In this document: in pieces, positions 12,499 through 27,992 of the stretch
How positions within the stretch are numbered: the stretch's first letter is position 1
How the letters are laid out: each line of letters begins with the position of its first letter
NCBI GenBank assembly: GCA_002269645.1
Contig: NIVC01000208.1
Span: 62,001 to 126,000, forward strand
Reading direction: 5' to 3'
Source: Macrostomum lignano
Taxonomy: Eukaryota
DNA length: 64,000 bases
Notes under the pieces: model-generated
What the model was told of the DNA's origin: nothing
Seen by the model: only the letters and a program-made list of their open reading frames with translations
Databases searched by the model: none
Program-made: the position numbers and the translations under genes

Positions 12499-13915
12499 GG
12501 TGTTTAAATTTGTTACTCTGCTTTTTGAAGAGACGCTTTCAGAGTCTAACCGCGCATTTATGCACATGCCACTGTGCTTGAGAGGATGATACAATACTCA
12601 AGGCGTTAAGAGATATTTTTAAAGATTGGCAGATGCTTAAGTAGACAAGTGTTTATACTCTAGTGCCGTTTCTGTACAAAAAGTCAATACATCTGCTCCT
12701 GGGAGGTTCTAGTGTTATGTACATTAGTTACAGTTGTCTCTTTGGTAAACAGCCGCAGGAGTCTGTACATGGGCATCCTGGCGATGGCAATTCTGTGCAT
12801 TCCTCTGACTCCCGAGCCGTCAGAGGAATTTGGGGTAACGCAACTTAAAAGGCACCAATACTGTATGCAGGCACGCATCCATGCACAGGCTCACACTGGG
12901 TGTACATGACATTCTAATTGTTTAAACCACCCACGGGCCAGTTTTTCGTGGGCACAAGCCTCAAATTAATGTGATTAAGAAGAGAAGCGTTTATCGCCGA
13001 TCTGGCTATTTACTCTGCATCAAGATTTTACCTTCAAGATTAAAAATAGTATATTAAATATATGCGCTTTCTATATGAATTCTGGATCTTTCCTTATACC
13101 GAGAAATTGAATTAGCCAATGAAAATCGATTTTGAATTTCAGTAAATTCACACAGTGTTCGTACTGAAAACAGGAGATGTGTCAGATATGAAGCCCCATA
13201 CGGTAGACATTTTTGTATTTTCTTATTCAAATCTAGAAAGCTAATTAGCAATGCAATGATTATTTGCTCTATGAAGACAGGACTCTTAGTTTGACATTCG
13301 AAAATAGATTAAAAATAAGGGCAAAAATGTTTTAAAAGACTGCCTTTATATCACTGAGTAAAATATTTAACAGTCAAACTTTAATTAAAAGTGCATTCAT
13401 TTGTTGAATTGAGTGCAAAATCAGTAGCAGTTGAAGATTCAAGAATCAGTTAAATAACAGTTCAGTTTGACGTGATTTCAGGAAGAAAACAGCAAAATGG
13501 TTTCTAAGCAGGTAAGCGAAGCTGATTAGAAATCTAACAAATCTTGAGTGAAAGTCACAACGATTCGCCTTGAAATCGCTTGGGTTTCAAGCTATGCACT
13601 TTAAAATGCGCATGCACTACTAGTGATGAGAAGTTGGTGAGTAGTTAAATTTACATGTAACTCAACTCTAAAGTGCAGCACTAGTCACAATGTTCTCATC
13701 CCAAGCAGTAGTATTGTGCGAATATTTTTGAATTCAAAGATCTTCAAATTAGAGGTATTGAAACTGATTATTTGGTTTAACAGCATAATGTATAAATTGG
13801 TTACATATAGAAGAGCGTTTTAATCAGATTAAGGGTTGTGAATATCCTAAACAGTGACCGTCAGAGTTAAAATATTACTGGCCAAACCCCACTTCAACAA
13901 GCGGTTGCAGCGGCA

Positions 13916-15407
13916 TCAGGTGCCCGAGTCGCAGGCGGCCGACTCCAGAAGCACGGACACGAAGCCCTGGTCGACGGTCCAGGTGCCGCCGAACACGCAG
14001 CCGCCCCTGCAGAAGGAGCCACCGCCGCCGCCGCAGTGGCCGTAGCCCAGTCCAGCTCCGCCACCGCTGAAGCCTCCGCCAGCTCCAGGGGCACCTCTCA
14101 GTGAGTTGATCCTACTGCCGCCTCCGCCGCCTCCTCCGAAGCCTCCATGGCAGACGCTGCCGTTTCCGGCGCTGCCGCCGACCCAGCCATCGGCCAGACT
14201 GCCGCCTCTCTCTCCGTCCGAGGAGCTCCGCCTTGGGCTGACGGCCCTGCCGAGCCAGCCGGCACCGCAGCCGCCGTAGTTGCTAGTGCTTGGGGTGCTA
14301 GCGGGATTGTTGGAGCCCGGCTGACCGTTGGTGCCGCCGAATCCCATGTAGATGGCGCGGTCACCCAGGCTGTCAGAACCGTTTATCCCAGTCTCTCCTG
14401 GTTTTCCTACGGTGAAATATATCGAACTGCTGATCCAAATGGTTTTTGCTTATCATATTTTACAATTTCTAGCAACTACAGCTACTGAGCTCACCATTTT
14501 TAATGCTGGAAGCTCCGCCGCCTCCGCCGGCAGCCAGCAGCAGCAGCCGGTCGCCCGTCCGGTACACGAAGCTGCCGCCGCCTCCGCCGCCTCCTTCGTA
14601 ATCCAACGACGTCGAGCCGCCCATCTGGCCCACAACGATGCTCAGCTGGGTGCCGGCTGTCAGGTTGACTCTGGCGCTCACCTGGGCTCCCTGGCCTCCG
14701 GATTTGCTCTTCAGTAAGTTGTCGCCACCTCTGGCACCGGCAGCTTTGATCAGGTAGCAGCCGGTCGTGTTGATGAGGACGCTTTGGATTGAGCCGTTTC
14801 TACCTGTGCTGCTGTCTGCAATGGAGCAGCGTCAGCGAGTTACAAAACTGGAGTGAGTGCAATTTCGGTCTTTGCTAGCCAATCCACAACAATGTATTGA
14901 TGACTTACTCCGAAGCTGCACTGCAGGCGAAGGCCAGTCGCTGTCGTCCGCCTTCCACACCTTTGCACCGACCTGAGATCCGATGACTCGCTGCACCTGA
15001 TTTGCTGAGATTGACAGCTTGGCGGTTGTTATGGCGACGACAATCTCGCACGTGGCATTGCTCTCCACCGAGACGGCAGCGCTGCAGCTCACTCTCTGGC
15101 ACTTTGCTAGACAGTCAATTGCAGTAGTGGCCTTGGTTGTTGTCGTGAAGTTGTTGTAGGCGTTCAGAACGGCTTTGAGCATGTGAAGCAACTGCTCTGA
15201 GCACACAGAATAGGTCCGCGAACTGTCGCCTTGTACTCGAAGCACGAGAGAGCAGCAAACTGCGTTTGGGCAATGAAGTCAGTATAGAACAGAGTGCAGT
15301 AAAAAGCTTCAATTTAGGCAGTCTTAAATACGAGTAATGTGGGAGCTGCATTTTAGTCACTTACCGAATAGAAAAGCAAGTTTTAATGACAAGCATTGCT
15401 CAGCCAT
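13916..15407 (-). CDS. G1: secreted PAN-like + ALK/LTK-type glycine-rich-domain protein, about 401 aa; exons 15365-15407, 14909-15259, 14495-14815, 13916-14406
   Basis: Three phase-1 GT-AG introns give a 1206-nt open frame. Signal MAEQCLSLKLAFLFVCCSLVLRVQG. PAN-like DCLAKCQRVSCSAAVSVESNATC. Glycine-rich-domain motifs TGRNGSIQ..TGCYLIKAAGARGG..GGQGAQV..LSIVVGQMG..GGGGGSFV..LLLAAGGGGG and GGFGGGG..GGGFSGG..GGGGSF. Confidence 0.85.
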
Positions 15408-15977
15408 GGCACTGCAGAGCTAGTAAGATTATTTTAACTTTCAATTTCTTGTGTTTCTAATTGTAGGATGATACACTTTATAAATTCTTCTGCAGTGATT
15501 TGGCAACCGGGTTGCAACCGGGTTTTTTATGAGCTGCTGTCGGATGGCAATTCCATTGGGACAGGGGGAGAAAGTCTGTGAAAGGCGGGATCGCAGCCAA
15601 TCGTAGATAGCAAGTCTTCTTGGCTCTCATGCGCTTCATTGTAGTCGATAAGTCTGGGGGCGGGCTTCTTTGCTTGAGTTCCTTTGTTTCGGAGCTTTCT
15701 CCTGAGATCAAAGACATTGCTGCCTCTATTTACTCAGAGTTTATATTTAAAAGATTTTTACTTCATCTTTGACAAAAATGCTTTAAAACTTCAAACATTG
15801 TTCACACATCCATTTAGTATACTATCATAGCTTTCTTGGTCTCCGTTCTGGGATTTAACTGCAAAGAAGGAAGAAATGTGTTGGGTGAAAAAGTTTTACC
15901 TGCTAAAAGCTTCGCATCGTTAAGTCACTCACTAGCATCTCAGCATCTCCCGAGTGAGCATTGGTATGGCGTTTCTT

Positions 15978-16300
15978 TGATGTTTGAGGTGACGCTTCTT
16001 TTAGATTTGACGTGACGCTTCTTTTATGTTCGACGTGACGCGTCTTTTATGTTCGACGTGACGCTTCTTTTATGTTCGACGTGACGCTTCTTTTATGTTG
16101 GACATGACGCTTCTTTTATGTTCGACGTGACGCTTCTTTTATGTTCGACGTGACGCTTCTTTTATGTTCGACGTGGCGCTTCTTTTATGTTCGACGTGAC
16201 GCTTCTTTTATGTTCGACGTGACGCTTCTAAGTTTCTTTTATGCTGGACATGACGCTTCTTTTATGTTCGAGGTGACGTTTCTACGCTTCTTTTATGCTT
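15978..16300. repeat. 23-bp minisatellite (CGACGTGACGCTTCTTTTATGTT)n
   Basis: Roughly 14 head-to-tail units with no spacers; end points approximate. Confidence 0.85.
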
Positions 16301-16842
16301 TTTCTTTCCTGGAGTTTTCGTCACATTATAAAAGCTTTAAATAGAAACATTGCACTCAAAATTCGAACCTATGTCGCTGCATTAGCAGTTCAGCCTTGCC
16401 ACATCTAGGCTAGCTCTCATCGAATCGATCTATTTATTGGCATTAGCATCTCAGCAACTGCCCCACGAGCACTGGCATCTCCCTAACCCTAACTAAAGCT
16501 CTTCCCTAGAGCCATAACTATAATTTTTGGGAATCCAAACAGAATTATTTAAGATTTTCGCTTCATATGATAAAATTCAACTTCGGTAGCAACAGAAAAT
16601 TTGTTCTGACATTCTGCCTTGAGACGGAACGTCCTGGCTGCATAATTACCTGGTTTTATAATATCGATTGATATTAAGATATTAAAAATCGGCTTTAAGG
16701 GGTTTAAAAAAGAAAAAAAGAAAAATCTACCAATTTTCAATTCGTCTAATTTTTTAGTCAAAAACGTAAATTTTTTTCGCGTCAATTTAAATTCGAACAT
16801 TTTAAGTATATATTTAATATGGACCTAAGCATACTTAGATAC

Positions 16843-17984
<1,142 letters not shown>

Positions 17985-18057
17985 GTATATTTGCAGCTTT
18001 TTGCTGCAAAAATTATCCAAAAACAATTGAATCACAAGGCAAGAGATACCGACTGAC

Positions 18058-18333
18058 CTCGCTGATGCAGTCCAGGGGTCTCCACAGCGCCTCATACTGA
18101 GCGGCAGTGGCCGGATAGCAAGTGCCGTCTCGCTTGAACACGGCGGTGCAGTTTGGTCGCACTGCGCACTCCACAGAGCAGACGCGAGGGTCTCGAACTC
18201 CGTTAACCCGAAACAGGTCGATCACGTTTCCGGGGCAACCGCAGACGACGCGAAAGCGGACGCAGACGCCGGACACGACGGACAGCAGGCTGAGCAGGCA
18301 GCAGGCCCGACCAAGCATACCGTAACGATTCAT
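18058..18333 (-). pseudogene. P4a: orphan first exon (signal peptide + PAN); exon 2 missing
   Basis: Intact 276-nt exon with donor, but the intron runs into the GATA array after about 70 bp. The paralog P4b keeps its exon 2. Confidence 0.75.
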
Positions 18334-19308
18334 GTATGTGTAAGATTATTTTTCTTTAACTGGATCTAGTGCATTAGTTAATCGGGATAAACTGCATGTC
18401 GAACCTTACAGATTGAATGAGCGACTTTCGGCCGATGGTAGTAGCGAGAATTTAAAGCTTGCTGCAACGTTCAGGTTGAGCGAAACTTGTTTGCAGCGTT
18501 GTCAGGCATTCCTCTCTAAGCTTCGAAATGTATTTTTGTTCACGGATGCTGCTATGTGCCTGTGCAGCATTGTCACAACTGTCACACTGTAGGATTGGAG
18601 CGCATCATTTTCTGCTTGCTTAGAGAGGCGTGACCAGTGGCGCATGTCAATCCTGCAAACATACATTGGGTTTCCATTGTTTCCACTTGCTTACAGATAA
18701 AAGCATTAAAACAAAGCCAATACCCTAGCAACAAAAACTTGGAAATTTGGAGACTTGCTCTTGAAACTAACAAACAACTTTTTTGCAAGAATTTCGTGCC
18801 CCTGATATAGTTTCAATGTGTAAGCAAGTACAGCAACAGAAGCAGAAATCGACATAGATTGTTTGCAAAGAAAAATACAAGCTAGTAGAAATTTCATTTT
18901 GGCGAAATCTCAGAATTGCATAAACTTTCTTTTTGTGATGATTCCTCATTTGCTTTGCCAAACCATTGACAAAAAGCTGCTAGAAGAAAATTTCTATCGT
19001 ATGACGTGTGATGTTGTTATCCGTCGATGTAATGTAAGAGTACATATTTTTCATCGACGTCAATGTCGTCAGGTTGCTGTACGGAAAAGTGGATGACATG
19101 ATTTTGTTTTACCAAAATTGGGCTACATTTGGGGAGCTCAAAAAACTAACATGACATTTCGACCTGTCGAATATTTGATACAACTCGCTTTAGTAAGCTT
19201 GTTTTAAAGGCAGAGTCTGAATTACCTTTCGGAAGAAAATAATTCATAATACGTTTTTCCGTTCAATAACGTTAAGTATCAAAAAATTGCTTAACTACTT
19301 GTACTGGC

Positions 19309-19563
19309 ATGAAGCCATCGTCGCAGGCCAGCGTCTCCTACCGACTCTGCGTCGGCTCCGGTTGCCCCGGAAACGTGACCGGCCTGTCGCAGGTCAACGG
19401 GGTTCGAGACCCTCGCGCCTGCTCGGTGGAGTGCGCAGTGCGACCCAACTGCACCGCCGTGTTCAAGCGAGACGGCACTTGCTATCTGGCCACGGCCGCT
19501 CAGTATGAGTACTTTGTGGATAACAAAAACGTCAGAAACAGCCACTACTCGAGCATCATCTAA
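19309..19563 (+). pseudogene. P5b: inverted PAN copy without signal peptide, deleted after YE
   Basis: 84-aa [41 protein letters not shown]..; about 150 bp shorter than P5c. Confidence 0.7.
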
Positions 19564-21324
19564 TAAGTGAGTTTAATCCGAACAAGCAATGCTTATCTTC
19601 CGTGCTCTGAAAGCCGTGCCTCCCTGGTAGCATGGATGTATGATTTTTGGCTTTATGCTTTCAGTTCCGGAGATTTCAGTTTCGGAGAGTCGTGCTCTGT
19701 AGATTTCATTTCAGCAGAAATGCATACACAAGTCAGCTTCAAAAGTACATGCATCTGATATCAGATAGGGTCAAATTGGTCCCAGCTAGAGCGTCCTTAG
19801 ATCCGTGAATGTACTTTCAACCAAATATCGCCCCGTTCTGTCACTAAGATCCAAGTAAAACTCTCGATGTAGCCTGGGACATCTTCAAACAGCATGGTGA
19901 ATAGCATTTAGCTCATATTTCTCACTGTGGATCCCCGACAACAGAAACAGAAGAAGCAGAAGAGGAAATAGGAAAACAAAGAAAAGAAGACAGAGAACCG
20001 GGCCGGATTGCTATTGTGAAATTTCAAAGAGTCGAGGGCCGGATATAGAGAAGCTTTGCAGCTCGGAGTTGGCCGACCTTGCATTAGTAAGATAGAAAGT
20101 TTTCAGTTTTTAGTTTTAAACTAGCAATCTGCTTGGGAGGCAACAAAGAAAAGAATAAAATTTCTTGAATAGGCTGCGTGTCAGGTTCGAGTTAAGCGCT
20201 GCAAAGTCTGCATGCTTATGGCAGTAGTGTGATTTCATTTCACAAAAGCGACGCTCTGCAGAAATGTTTACCAATGCAGAAAAGACGAACTATATCTTCT
20301 TGGTAGTAATCAAACAAGCTATGAAGTGCTCTATGAAGTAAATCGCTTTGCCAAATGAAAAAATCTCTCTGATCATATGACAAGCGCGTGGAATTGTACC
20401 TAGTCATATGGACAGACACACACACAAGTGTGCAGAAGTAGAATTATCGCTGCTTGTCACGATTGGGTTGTCACCATATTGACATCCGATTGATTTATTG
20501 TATTGTTCTATGCTATTGTAGAAAACACATGACAACTTGTCAACTTGACAGTTTGCGTGGATGCTGCTGAAAACTCCCACTGAAATCCTTCAAACTGCAG
20601 CGAACTGAAACAATAGGCTGAAAAATCAGAACGCCTAAAGCCTTAGCTGAAATTTGGCAATCGGGAACTACAACAACAACGCATCATCTAGTGAAGCAAA
20701 GCTGCTGCCGTGCTAAGAGTTGAAACATTTTTACCACTTTTTTCACTGAAAGCTTCCTGCATCAATGAATTTCCCAGTTCACGCGAAAATATTTTGTTGG
20801 CCTCCATAAGAGTTTTTTAATTTTCCAACAAAAATTCCCAAAGAATTCTGTTCTGCATAAAAGCTGTGTCAGGTTGGTCGGTAATTTTTCCCTTTTCACT
20901 CCTTCGAGCAAAATTTTGACGTAATTGACGTCCGCCGGCTCGTCGCTGGCAAATGGGTATTTTTACAAATGCCGGCAGATAACGACGTTATACAGCGGCT
21001 CAAGGTTCAGCGAAATGCAGAAGTTCTCATTTACCAGCAACTTTGTTTAGCCGTCAAAAATGTTGGTCGCATTCGCCAACATTGGATTGGGTTGCCATAT
21101 TTTTTAACAATGCGATATACTGTAACGACACCAAATCGACTTCCCATGGCTACTACGTCGAGCATATATTTAATATTTCTGACCGTTTTAAACAATCTAT
21201 GCAGTCATGAAATTGATTCGACGGTGGCTGTATATTAAATTCTCCCAATGCAACTGACCCAATGGAAAACGGATAACAAAAGTCTAATTAACCGAACATA
21301 GAACCTTATTGTCTGCGACGAAAG

Positions 21325-22204
21325 TCAAGGGCATGTGCCAGCGGACCAGCTTGTTCCGGGAGAGCACTGTCTCTGAATGTACTTATAGTTGGAGCATTGC
21401 ATATAATGAACATCACTGCTGCAATGCTGCTGGTATTCGCCTTCGATCCCACAGTATTGATCTGCTGATGCGCACGCAGTGCTGCTTGCTGAAGCAGTGG
21501 TTTGGGCTGGAGCAGTGTATGAGACTGGAGCAGTGGTTGAGGCTGGAGCAGTGGTTGAGGCTGGAGCAGTGGTTGAGGCTGGAGCAGTTGTTGAGGCTGG
21601 AGCAGTTGTTGAGGCTGGAGCAGTGGCGGTGGTTGAGGCTGGAGCAGTGGAGGAGACAGAGTCAGTCTCAGCACTTTTTCCCTCAGTAGTGGTGGATAGA
21701 AGCCGACCCTCAACGACCTAAAAAAAGAGCGGCATTGGCTTGAAGCGTATCGAGTTTGCATCTTTGTTTTATAGACATTGCTTTATACAAGTTGTTCTAG
21801 AAAATTTCAATCCAATAATTTTTGCATTCGCTCAGTCTGCAGTTTTGATTGTTATGTTGCCTCATTTGCCTCAAATTACCCAAAAACAATTTTTAATCAC
21901 AAAGCAAGATAGACCGACTGACCTCGCTGACGCAGTCCAGGGGTCTCCACAGCGCCTCATACTGAGCGGCAGTGGCCAGATAGCAAGTGCCGTCTCGCTT
22001 GAACACGGCGGTGCAGTTGGGTCGCACTGCGCACTCCACAGAGCAGACGCGAGGGTCTCGAACTCCGTTAACCTGAAACAGGTCGGTCACGTTTCCGGTG
22101 CAACCCGAGACGACGCGGAAGCGGACGCAGACTCCGGACGCGACGGACAGCAGGCTGAGCAGGCAAGAGGCCACAGACAGCATTCTGTGATGTGGCAGGT
22201 GCAT
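21325..22204 (-). CDS. P1b: PAN - short mucin stalk - 5-Cys module, about 224 aa; exons 21923-22204 and 21325-21717
   Basis: Same splice sites as P1a. Exon 2 is 393 nt and open, ending CSNYKYIQRQCSPGTSWSAGTCP*. Confidence 0.85.
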
Positions 22205-23232
22205 CTTCTGAGATGTAAGGATTGAACTTTCGGTATGAATGGAGGCGGAGTTTTTAGAAGAGCTAATTAGATTTTTAATTTAATTAACGTGTGTTTAATG
22301 TGTCGGCTGCTTCTTGTGTGTCGATGGAATTGAAGAAAAATGTGTCCACATTATGCTTTAAGCGAAAAACCTCAGTACCATTTTAGCTTTTTGATTGGCG
22401 TTTTACCGAGCAAAAGTTCTACGATTGGCTAAGGTTTGCGGACTTTCCGTTAGAGTACCAAAATCTCTTGTATGTTCTATTTGAATCAATTTCTTGTATT
22501 TAATCGGCAGTTCTTAATGCCTGCTTTTCTTGATATTTTTATGGCAGGATGGTAAACGGGCTCAAACGATGCCACGCATTGGTACTTCTGGTAGAGATGG
22601 AATATTAGTAATTGGGAAGGCAAAGTATTGCGTGGTTAATTTTTTTTAAATCTGATAGTTAGGCCGGCTGTCGAATCAGTAGATCGATTCACATTTTTAT
22701 CAAGCTAATGTTTTTATGTGAAGTTATGTGAACTATGCAAACTACTGCAGGGAAATTTCCTAGAAAGGAAGCAAATCAGAGCAACTGCGCACGAAACTTG
22801 GCCGGGCGGGGGTTTGTCGTGCGTTTCAAATCAATCAGGACCAATCCCCAAGGCACAGTATTGGCCCGCTTGTAGCTCGGACCACTTCAAATTCTCAAAT
22901 TCTGTCTTTATTTCAGAATTTCGTCTGAAAACTGCTCTCGATTTAATACAATGAAATATTTGTTCTATGTTTAGTTGAGTCATGTCGAAGTTGAAATATC
23001 AATCTAGTGCTAAAAAGTGGTCAGAGAAAATACAGCGAAAAGCGGTTTGAATGCAGTGTAGCCTCCCTTTAATTTGATTTGTCCAGTAGTGTATTGGCTA
23101 GAATCAACGACCCAGCTGACTTTCTAACTCGTATGAGAGCGTTTGTGAATGAGAATTCTCGTAATTTTTTTCTTTCTTATCCATGTAGAAATATTTTTGT
23201 CCATTTCGTGGGCTAGATTTGTATATGTAGTG

Positions 23233-25767
23233 TGTGGTGCCGGAGCGCTGAGCTCTAGGCACTGGCTAACTAACTAGCTTATGCTATGTACGTGCATCGT
23301 ACGTGCACACCATTCTTTCCTCTCCCTTCGCTCTGACTGGCCATCCCCTAAGCCGCCATGTACTTGTACGTAGTTATTTATCATCACGTGACTTTATTTC
23401 GGTGTTCTCTCGGCCCTTGCTCGTGTCATTATATAATAAGCTACTTGCTAGTTAAAATGAACCTTGAGTTTCTTTATGCCAAATTCACGGCACGACAATG
23501 GCGTCGCAAGCAGGATTCGAACCTGCGCGGGGAAACCCCATTGGATTTCCTGATGCTTCCTGGGGTATCGCATCTCAGCGGATGGAGTTCGGCCAGACAA
23601 GAAGCTGGTGGAGAAGATCCAGAAGGTCAAGCCGCCCACGACGAGGAAGGAGCTGGAGTCGTTTCTGGGGCTCACCAACTATTATGCGCGCTACATCCAG
23701 GCCTACTCGGAGAAGATTGAGCCCTTGACTGCTTTGAGGAGTCAGAAGTCCAGCTTTGTGTGGGGCCTGGAGCAGCAAAAGGCTTTCGAAGACCTCAAGC
23801 GAGCCTTGGCGGTGTACCCGGTTATCCGCATATTCGATCCCAGGAAGCTGACCACCCTGACGACAGATGCCAGCGAGTCCGCAGTATCGGGAATCCTCAG
23901 CCAAGACGGCCACCCGGTGCTGTACCTGTCAAGGCGCCTCTCACCCGCCGAGCGCAACAATTCCAACATCGAGCGGGAGGCTCTGACGGTCGTCTGGGCA
24001 ACTCAGCGAGCAAAGCACTTTCTATTGGGCAAGAAATTCCTGCTTCAGTGCGACCACCAGCCACTGGAATTCATCTTCGGACCCAGTCGGGAGCTTCCCA
24101 AGGTGACTTCGGCGCGGATCATGCGGTGGGCCATTCAGCTTGCCGCGTTCGACTTCGACATCGCCTACGTCAAGGGCAACAGCATCCCTCACGTGGATGC
24201 CATGTCCCGGATGCCATTCGAGAGCAATGATGACGGCGATTCTAGTGGCGATGGTGGCTTCATCCACTGGACCGAGACTGACCTGTTGAGGCTTGAGGAA
24301 ATCCGCCAGGGAACAGACATCGACCCAGTGCTCAAGAGCATCAAGCGCCGGATCCAGAAGAATGTCTGGTCCAACTGCTCGGCTGCAGAGCGTCCGTTCA
24401 AGGCTGTCCGTCATCAGTTGACGATCGAAGACGGCGTCGTATGCTGCGGAGACCTGCTGGACCCGCCTGCCGCGGTCCGCAGTAAAATGCTGCAAGCGGC
24501 TCACGGAGTGACCCACAGCGGAGCGCTGGCGACGCGAAATCGACTCAAACGCGAAGCATGGTGGCCGGGGCACTGCGATGATGTTGAGCGGTTTGTGAAG
24601 CAGTGCGCGACATGTACGAGGATCCGACCACTGCCCAATCGCACGGTGCACACGTGGCCTACCGAGGAGACGCCTTGGAAGCGGGTGCACATGGACCATG
24701 CTCACGTGTCGGGAGTCGGCCTGATTCTGGTGCTGGTTGATGCTTTCTCTGGCTGGCCGGAAGCCGTGCACGTGGCAGACAAGAGCGCGAGGACGGTGAT
24801 TCGAGTTCTACGGGCCATCTTCGCGAGGCAAGGCGTGCCGCACACTCTGGTGTCCGACAACGCACCAGAGTTCCACGATCAGGAGCTTCAAGGCTGGCTG
24901 GAGCGGATCGGCTGCAATCAGCTCTTCACGCCGCCGTACCACCCGCAGTCCAATGGCTGCGCCGAGCGGATGGTGCAGACTGTCAAGCGAGGACTCAAGG
25001 CGTTTGCAGCTCATCAAGGACCATTTGACGCATACCTGGCCAAGCTCCTGCTGAACTACCGAGCGACTCCACGTAGTGACGGCCGAGGCAGCCCCTCAGC
25101 GCTGATGGGTCGGCAGCTGAGAAGCCCGTTGACGCTGACCTTCGAGACGGACGCCCCGGTCGTTTACCAAGCTCGTCAAAGCGCACAGCCCGAGCTTGCT
25201 GAGTTCGTCGTGCAGGCCGGGCACAACACGGCGATCGTCACCCGGACCGAGTCGGACCGGCCCGTCCTGGCGCACAGGGGCCAGCTTCGCCCACTGCTGG
25301 CCGCGGCCGGGTCGGAGGCCGAAGGAGGCCGTCCGGAGCTCAACGTATCGGAGGCGCCGACCAACGATTCGGGAGAGTCAGCGACTGTTGAGCATCCTCA
25401 AGCCGGTGAGCTCGATACGGCTGATACGGGGCTCAGGAGGAGCCAGCGCGGCAACAAGGGCGTTCCTCCTGACCGCTTGACAGCTCGTTGGTGATGACGG
25501 GATGTGGTGCCGGAGCGCTGAGCTCTAGGCACTGGCTAACTAACTAGCTTATGCTATGTACGTGCATCGTACGTGCACACCATTCTTTCCTCTCCCTTCG
25601 CTCTGACTGGCCATCCCCTAAGCCGCCATGTACTTGTACGTAGTTATTTATCATCACGTGACTTTATTTCGGTGTTCTCTCGGCCCTTGCTCGTGTCATT
25701 ATTTAATAAGCTACTTGCTAGTTAAAATAAACCTTGAGTTTCTTTATGCCAAATTCACGGCACGACA
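23233..25767 (+). mobile_element. Second copy of the deleted gypsy element (LTRs 23233-23497 and 25503-25767; tRNA-Ser copy 23499-23549; pol 23557-25494)
   Basis: Offset 19119 from the first copy, with the same translated pol, same flanks and same LTR differences. It was copied by segmental duplication, not by a new insertion. Confidence 0.95.
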
Positions 25768-26909
25768 TATATGTAGTGTAAATTCAATTTAAGTATATTA
25801 AACTTTTCAGGCAAAATGACTAGAAATCGTCTACTGAAGAGTAGAAACTATTGACTGTGTCTTTAATATTGCTTTAGTCAATCTCATGTTGGCTGGTATC
25901 ATGTTTTAGTTTATGGATATTCTGCAGATAATTTCCTGCAGACGTTGACCACGGAACAAAAACCAGAGTAATACTGGTCATAGTCCTTCAAAGACAGATC
26001 TATTTTTGGAATTTTATAGGTAAAACTGTAAAATATCAAACAGGCAAACACGACCCTACACCAAGACTGTAATTTTTATCATTGTTTCCATACTTGTAGC
26101 ATGCAATTACATGTAGAATCAAGTCTTCGCAGAGACAAAACGCTTCCTGGTCGATTTAGAAAGCCTCGAAACACCAAGCGACCCGTGAGTCGGCACCAAA
26201 CGTCGAGGGCATCCAACGACAGCTGGATAAGCATTAGTTCCTGATGTGACAAGTGTCCGTCTGGTCATCTCAGAGCAAAAGTCTGTAGTGATGTGCGTGC
26301 CAATCGAAATTGAGGTTGCAGTTTTGCGCTAGGCGCTGATGCACAGGCGACTGAACTTGCAGAGTTTAGAAATATTTAAAAGTAGCATAAATAGCTACTT
26401 AATAAAGCATTGGCTTTTTTATACACAAAAGGAATCAACCTCATGCGCAAGGGAAATGCTGTACCAGTGCATTTTGCTTGAAGCGTGTGTCAACAACTGA
26501 AGCGGAAGAGTTTAAATGTACTAAACTTGTGACATTTGACTGTCCATCAATCAGTGAATAAATCGATTTTCTTCTATTTTAACAAAAAAGAGACAGGAAT
26601 GCAGTGAATAGGAGAAAACAGCTTAGGGAATTCAACTCAACCATTTTTTATTGACGGCAATTTAAAATCTCGAGTAGCTTCTTATTTGAATTGAGAGAAG
26701 CATTCATGACATCATCATTGCCCACCTCTTTCAAACTTGTGAGAACTAAAGCAAATAAAAAGATGGAAACCAGACATCTCTACAGCAGATGCTATCATCG
26801 AAGGTGCATGGTATTTTTCCTTGAATAAAATTTCGAAAACAAGTTCGGAATTATTCATTTTTGCTGATCACTTGAATCCTGTCGTAGTTAATTTGTAGTT
26901 TTCCTTTCA

Positions 26910-27992
<1,083 letters not shown>

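Noticed and set aside
12760-12909. ILCIPLTPEPSEEFGVTQLKRHQY as a Helitron helicase or other transposase fragment
   Set aside because: Only a loose resemblance to IPRIPL..LKRRQFP; too short to call without a search.
15115-15360. ORF MTKMQLPHYSYL.. as the N-terminus of G1 (apparent frameshift)
   Set aside because: Explained by the 105-bp intron 15260-15364; the real leader comes from the 43-nt exon 15365-15407.
13916-15407. Naming G1/G2 as ALK or LTK
   Set aside because: No TM or kinase domain is present; only one domain type is shared.
16481-16492. Telomere-like CCCTAACCCTAA
   Set aside because: Only two units, and not conserved in unit 2 (CCCTAA/TCCTAA).
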